Positions 53,135 to 63,011 are shown, numbered from the stretch's first letter. The stretch is DNA of 64,000 nt from Alphaproteobacteria bacterium UBA998 (GCA_002291925.1 DBAY01000065.1:6646-70645); one strand, 5' to 3'. Program-made: numbers and translations. Notes: generated by a model from the sequence alone, not told the origin.

Positions 53135-53590
53135 ATGGCTCTGGAAACAGGCACTACCAATGACCGCGAGGTGATCGAAGACCTCCTCGCGCATGTACAG
53201 GATTCCATCAACGGCTACACGGACGCCGCTGAAATTGTCAAAGACCCGCAGCTGGGGGATTTGTTCCGCCGCCGCGCCGCTTCGCGCCAGAAGGTGGCCA
53301 ATCAATTCGCCGAGCGTCTGCGCACGCTGCAGCCGGGCGAGGCCGTCAATCGCGAAGGCACCACGGCGGGCCATCTGCACCAAGGCTTCATGAAGCTGCG
53401 TGCGTCCATTCAGGACAATGAAAAGGCCGCGCTGGCCGAAGTGGATCGCGGCGAGAGCTATCTGGCCGAGCGTTTTGAGCGGGCACTGGAGCGCGATGTG
53501 AGCGTTGAGACGCGCAATCTCATCCAGCAGTTCCTGACGCAGATCGAGTCGGAAAAAGCCGACGTTGAGCGACTGCACAGCTACGCGTAA
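53135..53590 (+). CDS. PA2169/DUF2383 ferritin-like four-helix protein
   Basis: DSINGY..AAE, GTTAGHLHQGFM, EVDRGE. Confidence 0.85.
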   Translation: MALETGTTNDREVIEDLLAHVQDSINGYTDAAEIVKDPQLGDLFRRRAASRQKVANQFAERLRTLQPGEAVNREGTTAGHLHQGFMKLRASIQDNEKAALAEVDRGESYLAERFERALERDVSVETRNLIQQFLTQIESEKADVERLHSYA

Positions 53591-53613
53591 GCGCCATTGG
53601 TTCCATTAATACG

Positions 53614-53645
53614 AAAGGCCGCTGGATCACTCCAGCGGCCTTTTT
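53614..53645 (+). terminator. Intrinsic terminator
   Basis: AAAGGCCGCTGGA-TCAC-TCCAGCGGCCTTTTT. Confidence 0.88.
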
Positions 53646-53765
53646 CGTGGATTGCAGCTTCTCATAGACTTTTCCTCGTTCAGCGCCTATTTATGGCCTT
53701 GCACATTGCATGACATATCATGCGTAAAGCCTTGGCAAGCACGGGTTTGCCTCATTGCCAATTAT

Positions 53766-54575
53766 ATGACAGATCTGACGATGACCCCTCCGGAGTCGGC
53801 AGCCGCAAACGCCTCCTTTCGCCATTACACCCCAATGCGCCTGCTGGAGGCGGCAGGGGCCCTGCGGCTATTCAGCTGGCTATGCGCCTACGCCATGCTA
53901 CTGCTGATGGCGGGCACCATTGCGCAGCGCTGGGTGGGGTTGCTGGTGGCGCAGGAATCCTATTTCGAGAGCTGGATGGCGTGGCTTGGCCCCGTGCCGC
54001 TGCCCGCCATGCGCAGCGTGCTGGCGCTGATGGCGCTGAATCTGGCAGCGCGCATGACCCGCATGCCGCTCACCCTCTCCAAGGCGGGGCTGTGGCTGGC
54101 CCACCTGGGCGCGCTGCTGCTGATTCTCGGCGGCGTCGCGGCCGGGGCGGGGCGGGAGGAGGGCTACATGCTCATCCCCGAAGGCAACAGTTCCGCTGCC
54201 GTTTATGAATATAACGAGGATCGCGGCGACGACTTCAAGCAAAGCTTCTCCACGCCAATTCGCGCGCTGCCCTTCACACTGACGCTCTCCAACGTGGTGA
54301 AGGACGCCCATCCCGGTACCGAGGAAGCCCGAGATTACCGCTCCGAGCTGGTCATCGACGATGGCGGCCTGAAGCTGCCCGTGACGCTGGAGCTGAACGA
54401 GCCGCTCCGCTATCGCGGCTATACCTTCTACCAGTCCTCCTACCTCACCAGCGAGCAAGGGGAGGCGACCATTTTGGCCGTGAAGAAAAGCGGCGCATGG
54501 ATTTACCCTTACGCTGCCACCGCCCTATTGGCGCTTGGGTTGTTCTGGCACTGGCGAGCGCGGAGGGCGGGATGA
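53766..54575 (+). CDS. ResB/CcsB-like cytochrome c biogenesis protein; start uncertain
   Basis: GTIAQ, HLG.LLLILGG, LNEPLRYRGYTFYQSSY. Confidence 0.8.
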   Translation: MTDLTMTPPESAAANASFRHYTPMRLLEAAGALRLFSWLCAYAMLLLMAGTIAQRWVGLLVAQESYFESWMAWLGPVPLPAMRSVLALMALNLAARMTRMPLTLSKAGLWLAHLGALLLILGGVAAGAGREEGYMLIPEGNSSAAVYEYNEDRGDDFKQSFSTPIRALPFTLTLSNVVKDAHPGTEEARDYRSELVIDDGGLKLPVTLELNEPLRYRGYTFYQSSYLTSEQGEATILAVKKSGAWIYPYAATALLALGLFWHWRARRAG

Positions 54576-56611
54576 GTTCTACTCCTCGTCATTCCCCGAA
54601 TTTGCGACAGCAAATTATAGGGGAATCCAGAGCAGCCCGCACCGTCCTTTGGATTGCCCTAGAATCGCGTGCCGCGATTCGGGCAATGACGTTTGCTATT
54701 CTCCTCCTTCTTCCGTGTATCGCCCATGCCGCCGAGCCGCTTTCGGTGGATATGCTGGGGCGCATCCCCGTCCAGCAGGATGGTCGCATCAAGCCGCTGG
54801 AGCAGTTCGCGCGGGTGACGCTGCGGCAGTTGAGCGGCGCGGAGTCGCTGAAGGAAATTGAGGCGCTGCCGTGGCTGATGGAGCTGCTCTTCACGCCGGA
54901 GATCGCCGCCGAGCGCCCGATTTTTACTATCAAGGAAGACTCGCTGCGCGCCTCGATGAACCTGCCGGAGCGGCCTGGTCATCGCTACGCCGCGAAGGAG
55001 CTGGCCACGCCGCTCACCGAAAAGCGTCCGCTGGTGATGCCCATTGTGATGATGCCTGCCAAGGAACGCAGCCCCGAGCAGCAGGCGCTGATGGATCTCT
55101 ATCAGCGTTTCTCGCTATTCACCGATTTGCAGCAGAGCTTCGCCATCCTGCTGCCGCTGAATGCGCCGCGTCCGGCGGGGTATGACCTGCCGACGCCGCT
55201 CACCTACCTCGATCTGCAACGCATCCGCGAAACGCTGCTCGCCGATGCCGAGGCCATCGCCAAGCGCAGCCATGGCGATCTGGACGCGCTGAGCGCGCCG
55301 GAGCGCGAGGTGGTGGCGCTCGCCTTCCTCACCGAGCGGCTGGAGCAGCAGGCCCTGCAAAGCCGCAGCTTCCGGGTGATGCCCGGCACATGGGAGCAGG
55401 CGGGCAGCGAATGGTTCGCGCCATGGGCCCTGCTGCGTGCGGGCTACGGCTCCCCCCAAAGCGGGGAGTATCTGAAGCGCTGGAAGGCCGCCGCGCTTGC
55501 CTACCGCGATAGCGACGCCGAGGCATGGGCCAGCGCATCCACCGCCCTCGCGAATGCCGGGGAAGGGCAGGCGCACGGCATGGCAGCGCTGCGGCTGGGG
55601 GTGGAATATTGGTATGTCGTTCTTGCTCCGCTGAATTGGGTGCTGGGGCTGCTGCTGGCAAGTGTGGCGCTGCTGTTAACCCCCTCCCCAGTAGGGGGAG
55701 GGTCGGGGTGGGGGCGTGAGGGCACGTTTGACGATTCTTCCGCCCCCCACCCGTCGACGCTTGCACGCGTCGACCCCACCCTACTGGGGGAGGGACATTG
55801 GGACCTCAGGGCAGCGCTCGCCAAAATAACGCGTCCCCTCCTGCTCCTCGCGCTCACCCTCCTCACTCTCACCCTTGCGGCACGCATCTTTATCCTCGCC
55901 CGCCCGCCGGTGGGGACGCTGTATGAATCGCTGCTGTTCGTAGCATGGGCGGGGCTGGCGGTGTGCGTGCTTCCCACGCATGCCGCGCGGCGTACGCGGG
56001 GTGTGGGGGCGGGGCTCGCGGCGCTGCTCCTTATCATCGCCCCCGTCTTCGCCTCGGATGAAACGATGGGCATGTTGACCGCTGTGCTCAACACGGATTT
56101 CTGGCTCACCGTCCATGTGCTGTGCATCACCTCCGGCTATGCCGCTTGCCTGCTGGCGGGGGGCATGGCGCATGCGGAGCTGTTCCGGCAGGCGCGGGCG
56201 GAGGCACCGCTACTCGTCACCCGCCCCCTGACCCTCTACACCCTCGCCGCGCTTGGCCTCACCGCTACCGGCACGCTGCTCGGCGGGGTATGGGCGGACC
56301 AGTCCTGGGGCCGCTTCTGGGGGTGGGACCCGAAGGAGAACGGTGCGCTGCTCATCGTGCTGTGGATCATCTGGCTTCTGCATGCGCGGCAGGCGGGGCA
56401 ACTCTCTGTCCTCGGCTATGTGGCCGCCATCGCGTTGCTCACGGTCGTGGTGGCGCTGGCGTGGTTTGGTGTGAACATGCTGGGGATTGGGCTGCACTCC
56501 TATGGATTTACCGAGGCGACGGCCGCCGGGCTGGCGGGGTTCTGCCTGGTGGAGTTTGTTCTTGTCTTTGGGCTGTGCTACCGCATTCGTCGAAGAGGAT
56601 ATTCCGCATGA
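54572..56611 (+). CDS. ccsA: CcsA/ResC cytochrome c synthase (System II)
   Basis: GRIKP, PPV..LYES, WLTVHV, WADQSWGRFWGWDPKE, GLHSY. Confidence 0.9.
   Translation: MSSTPRHSPNLRQQIIGESRAARTVLWIALESRAAIRAMTFAILLLLPCIAHAAEPLSVDMLGRIPVQQDGRIKPLEQFARVTLRQLSGAESLKEIEALPWLMELLFTPEIAAERPIFTIKEDSLRASMNLPERPGHRYAAKELATPLTEKRPLVMPIVMMPAKERSPEQQALMDLYQRFSLFTDLQQSFAILLPLNAPRPAGYDLPTPLTYLDLQRIRETLLADAEAIAKRSHGDLDALSAPEREVVALAFLTERLEQQALQSRSFRVMPGTWEQAGSEWFAPWALLRAGYGSPQSGEYLKRWKAAALAYRDSDAEAWASASTALANAGEGQAHGMAALRLGVEYWYVVLAPLNWVLGLLLASVALLLTPSPVGGGSGWGREGTFDDSSAPHPSTLARVDPTLLGEGHWDLRAALAKITRPLLLLALTLLTLTLAARIFILARPPVGTLYESLLFVAWAGLAVCVLPTHAARRTRGVGAGLAALLLIIAPVFASDETMGMLTAVLNTDFWLTVHVLCITSGYAACLLAGGMAHAELFRQARAEAPLLVTRPLTLYTLAALGLTATGTLLGGVWADQSWGRFWGWDPKENGALLIVLWIIWLLHARQAGQLSVLGYVAAIALLTVVVALAWFGVNMLGIGLHSYGFTEATAAGLAGFCLVEFVLVFGLCYRIRRRGYSA
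54587..54691. repeat. 105-bp composite palindromic element (CGTCATT...AATGACG) in the 5' end of ccsA
   Basis: GTCATTCCCC...GGGGAATCCAG...TGGATTGCCC...GGGCAATGAC with two internal hairpins. Confidence 0.75.
55682..55794. repeat. Palindromic element inserted in-frame in ccsA
   Basis: CCCTCCCCAGTAGGG...CCCTACTGGGGGAGGG; homologous to 41048-41144. Confidence 0.88.
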
Positions 56612-57111
56612 AACCGTTTGCCGTTGCCATTGCATTATTGATTGCCGTTGTCGGAGGGGCCTTTGTCGTGTCCTCGCGCAACGGTCCTTCGCTTGCTGAT
56701 CCCGTGCCTAACATGACGGTGATGCTCACTTCCGGCGAAATCCGGCAGCTGTATGATTATCAGGGCAAGCCGACCGTGCTGCATTTCTGGGCCACGTGGT
56801 GCGCGCCCTGCGTGAAGGAATTTCCGAGCCTGCTGCGTCTGGCGAAGGAGCATCCCGAATGGCAGCTGGTACTGATTTCTGCGGATGAAAAGGTGGCGCC
56901 CATCGCCCCCTTCATGCAGAAAATGGAAGATATGAGCGGCATCCCCCTCGGCTCGATGCCGCAGCTTGTGCAGGTGTGGGACGAAGGCAAGCGCATTTCG
57001 CAGGATACGTTTCAGGTGGTGAGCTACCCGGAGACCATCTTCCTTTCCCCCAACATGCGGCCCGTGCACAAGGTGGTGGGCGCCATCACGCCCGAGGATT
57101 GGCCGCGCTGA
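56608..57111 (+). CDS. TlpA/ResA-like thioredoxin
   Basis: N-terminal TM, HFWATWCAPC, YPET; ATGA overlap with ccsA. Confidence 0.92.
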   Translation: MKPFAVAIALLIAVVGGAFVVSSRNGPSLADPVPNMTVMLTSGEIRQLYDYQGKPTVLHFWATWCAPCVKEFPSLLRLAKEHPEWQLVLISADEKVAPIAPFMQKMEDMSGIPLGSMPQLVQVWDEGKRISQDTFQVVSYPETIFLSPNMRPVHKVVGAITPEDWPR

Positions 57112-57218
57112 AGGCGTTTTCAGCAAGAATCCACCGCATGAGGCTTGCCAAGGACATAGAGCAATAATAGAATAAGTCTTATATAACTCTACTAATAGTT
57201 GCAATACGCTTCTGTTTC

Positions 57219-58031
57219 ATGTCCGCCGCTCCCCGTGAATTTCCGCTGACCGACCGCGATTTTCGCTTCCTTGCAGAGGTTATCGGGCAGCATACCGGTA
57301 TCGTGCTCAAGGAACATAAGCGCGACCTCGTCTATGGTCGGCTGGCCAAGCGGTTGCGCCAGCTGGGCTTACAGAGTTTCGAGCAATACTGCCACCTGCT
57401 GCAAGGGGAAGCGGGGGAGGCCGAACTACCCCACGTGGTCAACGCCATCACCACCAACCACACCGCCTTTTTCCGTGAGCCGCACCATTTCCAGCATCTG
57501 GAGCAGGTGCTGCGCCAGATGAATCGGCCCCGGCTGCGGCTGTGGTCGGCGGGCTCATCCATCGGTGCGGAGGCCTACTCCATGGGCATGTGCGTGCTCG
57601 ATGCACTGCCCCCTGCGCGGCGGGGCGATGTCAAAATCCTCGCCACCGACATCGACACCGCCGTGCTCGCCAAGGGCCGCGCCGGAGAATACCCGGCTGC
57701 GCTGCTTGACTCCATCCCTGCCGCCAAGCGCGCCAAATACGTTTCGGAGGAAGCGGATGGCCACCTGCAGATGGGGCCCGCACTGCGCGATCTGGTGACG
57801 TTCCTGCCGCTCAACCTGCTGGGCGAGTGGCCGATGCGCGGGCCGTTTGACATCATCTTCTGCCGCAACGTGGTCATCTATTTCGACAAACCCACCCAGC
57901 GGCGGCTGTTCGACCGCTTCGCCGACCTGCTGCAGCCGGACGGGTGGCTCTATATCGGCCATTCGGAGAGCCTCTTTAACGTCACCGATCGGTTCCGCCC
58001 GGCGGGGCGTACCATCTACCAGCTGGCGTGA
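57219..58031 (+). CDS. cheR: Chemotaxis methyltransferase
   Basis: TTN.T.FFRE..HF, ATDID, FDIIFCRNVVIYF, GHSES. Confidence 0.96.
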   Translation: MSAAPREFPLTDRDFRFLAEVIGQHTGIVLKEHKRDLVYGRLAKRLRQLGLQSFEQYCHLLQGEAGEAELPHVVNAITTNHTAFFREPHHFQHLEQVLRQMNRPRLRLWSAGSSIGAEAYSMGMCVLDALPPARRGDVKILATDIDTAVLAKGRAGEYPAALLDSIPAAKRAKYVSEEADGHLQMGPALRDLVTFLPLNLLGEWPMRGPFDIIFCRNVVIYFDKPTQRRLFDRFADLLQPDGWLYIGHSESLFNVTDRFRPAGRTIYQLA

Positions 58032-58678
58032 ACATGGCACCTCCCCCGACTCCTGCCCCCCACGAACGGCGCACCCCGCCGGAGAATTTCTACGCCCATA
58101 GCGGCCGCCAGTTCGATGCGCGCGAAGGGCTCTACGTGGTCAAGATTTTCTCCGGCGATTGCTACGTCACCCCGGCGCGTGACGAGATGCTGGTGACCAT
58201 CTTGGGCTCGTGCGTGGCCGCTTGCGTGCGTGATCCGCTGGCCGGGGTGGGCGGCATGAACCATTTCCTGCTGCCGGGCGATGACGGCGGCAGCCTGCAC
58301 CTGGCTGCGGGCGACGCAGCGCGCTACGGCGTGCATGCGATGGAGCGGCTCATCAACGGCATCCTCGCGCGCGGCGGCAAGCGCGATCGGCTGGAGGTGA
58401 AATTGTTCGGCGGCGGCAATGTCATCGAAAGCTCGGCCATGATCGGCTCGCGAAATGCCGAATTTGCGCGCGGATTCCTACGCAATGAGGGCCTCGCCAT
58501 CGCCGCCGAGCATCTGGGCGGTGACCTTCCCCGGCGCATCCATTACTACCCGGCGACGGGCCGGGTGAAGATGCGCCTGCTGCGTCGCAAGGAGAACCTG
58601 CGCGTGGTGACCGAGGAGCGCCGCTACCGTGAGAGCCTGCGCGTGGCGCCGGTGGAAGGGGCCATCGAGCTGTTTTGA
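58028..58678 (+). CDS. cheD: Chemoreceptor glutamine deamidase
   Basis: TILGSCVAAC, GGMNHFLLP, KLFGGG. Confidence 0.95.
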   Translation: MNMAPPPTPAPHERRTPPENFYAHSGRQFDAREGLYVVKIFSGDCYVTPARDEMLVTILGSCVAACVRDPLAGVGGMNHFLLPGDDGGSLHLAAGDAARYGVHAMERLINGILARGGKRDRLEVKLFGGGNVIESSAMIGSRNAEFARGFLRNEGLAIAAEHLGGDLPRRIHYYPATGRVKMRLLRRKENLRVVTEERRYRESLRVAPVEGAIELF

Positions 58679-58680
58679 GC

Positions 58681-59712
58681 ATGAAACCGATCCGTGTCGT
58701 CATTGTGGATGATTCCGCCCTCATGCGTGGGATGCTGACAGAGATGCTCTTCGGCGCCCCCGGCATCGAGGTGGCGGGCACGGCGGGCGACCCGTATGAG
58801 GCGCGCGAAGTCATCAAGCGCTGCGCGCCGGACGTGGTGACCTTGGATATTGAGATGCCCCGCATGGACGGGCTGGCGTTTCTGGAGAAGATCATGCGGC
58901 TGCGGCCCCTGCCGGTGATCATGGTCTCCTCGCTGACGCAGAAAGGCGCGGACGCCACGGTGCGCGCGCTGGAACTGGGGGCGGTGGACTGTATCGCTAA
59001 GGAAGCGAGTCACCGGCTGGGGAATCTGGAGGAAAAGCGCGAGGAGCTGATCGCCAAGGTGCGTGCGGCGGCGACGGCGCGGGTGATGGCACGCACAGTG
59101 CCCGCCACGCCCACCCGCCTGCGTTTTGATGCAAAAAGCGCCACGCGGTCGCTGGTGGCCATCGGCGCTTCCACGGGCGGCGTGGAGGCGCTGCGGGCGC
59201 TGCTCACCGTGCTGCCCGCGAGCCTGCCGCCCCTCGTCATCACCCAGCATATGCCGGAGCAGTTCACCGCGTCCTTCGCCCGGCGCCTCGATGGGCTCTG
59301 CGCGCTGCGGGTGCGCGAGGCGGCGGACGGGATGGCGGCGCTTCCCGGCCATGCCTACATCGCCCCCGGCGGGCAGCATCTGGAAGTGCGCGGCGTGGCG
59401 GGGGGCTATGCGTTGCAGGTGGTTCCCGGGCCGCTGGTGTCCGGCCACCGCCCGTCAGTGGATGTGCTGTTTGCTTCCGTGGCGGCAAGCGTGGGCGCGG
59501 ACGCGGTCGGCCTCATCCTGACGGGCATGGGCAGCGATGGCACGCAGGGCCTCTCCGCCATGCGCGAGGCCGGGGCCCTGACGCTCGGGCAGGACGAGGC
59601 GAGCTGCGTGGTTTACGGCATGCCCCGTGCCGCCCGGCTCGCCGGCGCGGTGATGGCGGAGTGGCCGCTTTCCCGGATACCACAGGCACTGCTCGATGCC
59701 TGCCGAAACTGA
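58681..59712 (+). CDS. cheB: Chemotaxis response regulator methylesterase
   Basis: REC domain; GASTGG, TQHMP, HRPSVD, TGMGSDG. Confidence 0.97.
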   Translation: MKPIRVVIVDDSALMRGMLTEMLFGAPGIEVAGTAGDPYEAREVIKRCAPDVVTLDIEMPRMDGLAFLEKIMRLRPLPVIMVSSLTQKGADATVRALELGAVDCIAKEASHRLGNLEEKREELIAKVRAAATARVMARTVPATPTRLRFDAKSATRSLVAIGASTGGVEALRALLTVLPASLPPLVITQHMPEQFTASFARRLDGLCALRVREAADGMAALPGHAYIAPGGQHLEVRGVAGGYALQVVPGPLVSGHRPSVDVLFASVAASVGADAVGLILTGMGSDGTQGLSAMREAGALTLGQDEASCVVYGMPRAARLAGAVMAEWPLSRIPQALLDACRN

Positions 59713-59832
59713 GCTTCCGCGCTAACCTGCGCATATCTCGCAGAAGATTGAGGTTCGCTTGAAACCTGCGGCATGTTCCCCGTGCCATCATACGCTCCAT
59801 ACTGGCTTTCATTGCATTAACAGGAGCGTGTC

Positions 59833-60762
59833 ATGACCCGGTTTCCCGTTTTTCTTACCACTTTTCTCTTGAGCACCAGCCTGCTGGCTGGCCCGACGCT
59901 GGCGGCGGTGGCCGCTCCCGCGCCAGCCGCCCCGACACAGGCGCAGGCGAGTGATACACCCACCGTCACGTCCCGGGACGTGACGCTCAGCCCGGCGGAG
60001 GAGCTGCAATACAAGCAGATGCTGAAATCAGCGAGCGCCATGCTGGGCCATATCAGCATTGCCAATATCGCGCTGCTGCATGACATGATCCCGGAAGCCT
60101 CCGCGAACACCAAGTCGGCGCTGGAGCAGGCGCGCGCGCTGGAAGCCCAGACCAGCAGCCTGAACGCGGATCTGATCAAGTCTGGCCGCATTACCTACAC
60201 GGCGGATGGAAAAACCAAGGATTTCTGGCTGCCGCTGGTGAATGACGCGCTGGTCGTGCGCTCGGTGGATGCGGATTACGCCAAGGCGAGCAAGCCAAGC
60301 GTGGAGGAGGCGGATGCCGAAGTGGTGCATACCCGGATTTTCCTCAATACCCATGACGTGCGGGAAGGGCTGGAGAAAGCCGATGCCGCTTTCCGCACCA
60401 AGAATTACGGCGAGGCGGAGGCTCGTCTGACGGAAGCCGCCAACAGCACCTTCACCCATGAGACGGTGAAGGAAATGCCCCTTCTAAGCGCGCGGGACAA
60501 TCTCATCCTCGCGCGCGAACTGGCGAAGGACAAGAACTACAAGGCGGCCGACTTCGCGCTGAGCCATGCGCAGCAATACCTGAAACAGTATGAATCCAGC
60601 GCCCCAGCCGCGGGGGGCGACAAGGCGAAGAAACTGGAGCAGGAGATCAGCGACCTGCAGGCCAGCATCAGCAAGAACGAGCCATCCGCGCTGGGTTCGG
60701 TCGAAGAGAAGATCACGGCGTGGGTGCATAATCTGGAGCATGGCTCCAGCTGGGTGCAATAA
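59833..60762 (+). CDS. Secreted YfdX-like protein
   Basis: Signal peptide; repeated helical units with MPL...A..L....Y..A..AL pattern. Confidence 0.6.
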   Translation: MTRFPVFLTTFLLSTSLLAGPTLAAVAAPAPAAPTQAQASDTPTVTSRDVTLSPAEELQYKQMLKSASAMLGHISIANIALLHDMIPEASANTKSALEQARALEAQTSSLNADLIKSGRITYTADGKTKDFWLPLVNDALVVRSVDADYAKASKPSVEEADAEVVHTRIFLNTHDVREGLEKADAAFRTKNYGEAEARLTEAANSTFTHETVKEMPLLSARDNLILARELAKDKNYKAADFALSHAQQYLKQYESSAPAAGGDKAKKLEQEISDLQASISKNEPSALGSVEEKITAWVHNLEHGSSWVQ

Positions 60763-60922
60763 CTTCATGGCAGCAGGGCGGGCTGTAACGTTCGCCCTGC
60801 CGCTTAACCTGCTCCGCTGAGGATGGCGCAGCACATTCAAGTTGTTCTTATCACGTAAGGGAGTGGCAACCTGCCTCGCTTGGGATATACTCCCGGCGCG
60901 GCATGATGCGCGAAGGAGACGA

Positions 60923-61606
60923 ATGCGAATTTTGATGGTGGAAGATGACGAGGGGCACGCCCAGTTCGTCATGCAAGGGCTGAAACAGGCGGGGCACAAT
61001 GTCGATCGGGCGAAGGACGGCATGGAAGGCCTGTTTCTGGCCACGGAAGAAAAATACGACGTAATGATTGTCGACCGGATGCTGCCCAAGCTCGATGGGC
61101 TGGCCATCATCGAGACCCTGCGCAAGAGCGGCAACCAGACCCCGGTGCTGGTGCTGAGCTCCCTCTCCAAGGTGGAGGAGCGCATCAAGGGCCTGCGTGC
61201 GGGGAGCGATGATTATCTCACCAAGCCTTTCGAGTTCGGTGAACTACTGGCACGGCTGGAAGCCCTGGCCCGCCGTGCGACGCCCGCCGAGGCCGAGCGC
61301 ACCGTGCTGCGCGTGGGCGATCTGGAGGTCAACCTGCTGACGCGCGAGGTGCAGCGCGCCGGTCAGAAGATTACGCTGCAGGCCAAGGAATTCCAACTGC
61401 TGGAATTCCTCATGCGGCGCGAGGGGCAGGTGGTGACGCGCACCATGCTGCTGGAGGGTGTGTGGGATTTCCACTTCAACCCCAACACCAACTTGATCGA
61501 TGCGCAGATGAGCAAGCTGCGCATCAAGGTGGATAAACCCTTCGGCACCCCCCTGATCAAGACGATCAAGGGCGCCGGGTACAAAATCTCCGCAGATGAC
61601 GCTTAG
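60923..61606 (+). CDS. OmpR family response regulator
   Basis: ILMVEDD, DRMLP, DDYLTKPF, winged helix. Confidence 0.96.
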   Translation: MRILMVEDDEGHAQFVMQGLKQAGHNVDRAKDGMEGLFLATEEKYDVMIVDRMLPKLDGLAIIETLRKSGNQTPVLVLSSLSKVEERIKGLRAGSDDYLTKPFEFGELLARLEALARRATPAEAERTVLRVGDLEVNLLTREVQRAGQKITLQAKEFQLLEFLMRREGQVVTRTMLLEGVWDFHFNPNTNLIDAQMSKLRIKVDKPFGTPLIKTIKGAGYKISADDA

Positions 61607-63011
61607 AGCTTACACCCGCACGTTCTCCTTCCGCGCCGGGGTAGCCGCCTTCGGCGCTTTCTGTGTGGTGCTGCTCATTCTGCGCGTCATGCTCTACTTT
61701 CAGGCCGTGCGTGTGGCGCGCGATGATACCGAAGCCATCATTCGCGCCTACGAAAGCCAGATTCGTGTTACGGTGGAGCAGTCGAGCGAACCCGTGACGG
61801 AAGAATATATCCGCTCTCTCATCGAAGAAGCCCATGACCGCCATTTCGTGGTGGCGATGCATGAAGACGAGCCGCTCCCCGCCCGCGCCAGCCAAGCCGT
61901 GCTGGCCATTCTCAAGGATGGTGTCGTGGTCGGCAACATTCAGGCATGGCCGCCGGAGGCGCACGGCAAGGGGCGCTGGGTTGAGTTTCAGGCTCCCTAC
62001 TATGGCAGCCGCCACCCGGCGCATATCCTCGCTTCCGTGACACATTACCCGCAGGGTTTCAGCCTGCTGGTGGGCTATGACATGGTAAAGCTCGACGCGT
62101 TGAAGCGCTCGCTCTGGATTGCGCTGATTGAAAATGTGGCGTTTGCGTTTGTGGCAGCGTTTCTGCTCAGCGTGATGCTGATCTTCCTGCTCAACCGGCA
62201 CATGCGCGGGCTGAACCAGGCGTTCAGCCGGGTGCGGGGCGGGGGGCTGGATTACCGCCTTCCCGTCGGCACACCGTTGGACGAATTCGACCGGCTCGCG
62301 CGCAATTTCAACCGCACGATGGACTGGGTGGAAACGCTGCTGGAAACCGTCCGCAACTCCGGCAACGCGCTGGCGCATGACATGCGTACGCCGCTCAGCC
62401 AGTTGCGGCTCGACATGCAGGTGCTGGCAGAGCAGCCCTGCATGGATCACAGCGCGCGCCAGCTGGCGGCGCGGCAGACGGAGCGCATCGACAGCATCAT
62501 CACCATGTTCGACAATATCCTCACCATCGCGCGGGCCGAAGCACGGACGGGCGTGGAGCTGTTCGAGACGGTGGATGTGCAGAAACTGGTGGAGAACGTG
62601 TTGGAATTCTACGCGCCGATGATTGAGGAGAAGCATCTGCGGCTGGACGTGCATCTGACCCCCGCCTCGCTGCGCGCGGACCGCCAGCTGCTCAGCCAGG
62701 CGGTGATGAACCTGATCGATAATGCCTGCAAGTACAGCCCGGAGGGCGCCCCGCTCGCCGTGCGGCTGGAAGCGGACAGCGAAGCGGTGCGGCTGCACGT
62801 GGCGGATCGCGGCCCCGGCATCCCGGAGGAGTTGCGCGCCAAGGTGCAGCAGCGCTTCTTCCGCGTTGATGCCAGCCGCCACACGCCGGGCCATGGGCTG
62901 GGATTGTCGCTGGTACGCGCGGTGGCGGAGCTGCACCAGGGCGCGCTGATTCTGGAGGATCATGCGCCCGGCCTGCGCGCCATCCTGACCTTACGGAGTG
63001 CGCATGTCTGA
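61596..63011 (+). CDS. HAMP-domain sensor histidine kinase
   Basis: Two TMs, AHDMRTPL, NLIDNACKY, DRGPGI, GHGLGL. Confidence 0.95.
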   Translation: MTLRAYTRTFSFRAGVAAFGAFCVVLLILRVMLYFQAVRVARDDTEAIIRAYESQIRVTVEQSSEPVTEEYIRSLIEEAHDRHFVVAMHEDEPLPARASQAVLAILKDGVVVGNIQAWPPEAHGKGRWVEFQAPYYGSRHPAHILASVTHYPQGFSLLVGYDMVKLDALKRSLWIALIENVAFAFVAAFLLSVMLIFLLNRHMRGLNQAFSRVRGGGLDYRLPVGTPLDEFDRLARNFNRTMDWVETLLETVRNSGNALAHDMRTPLSQLRLDMQVLAEQPCMDHSARQLAARQTERIDSIITMFDNILTIARAEARTGVELFETVDVQKLVENVLEFYAPMIEEKHLRLDVHLTPASLRADRQLLSQAVMNLIDNACKYSPEGAPLAVRLEADSEAVRLHVADRGPGIPEELRAKVQQRFFRVDASRHTPGHGLGLSLVRAVAELHQGALILEDHAPGLRAILTLRSAHV

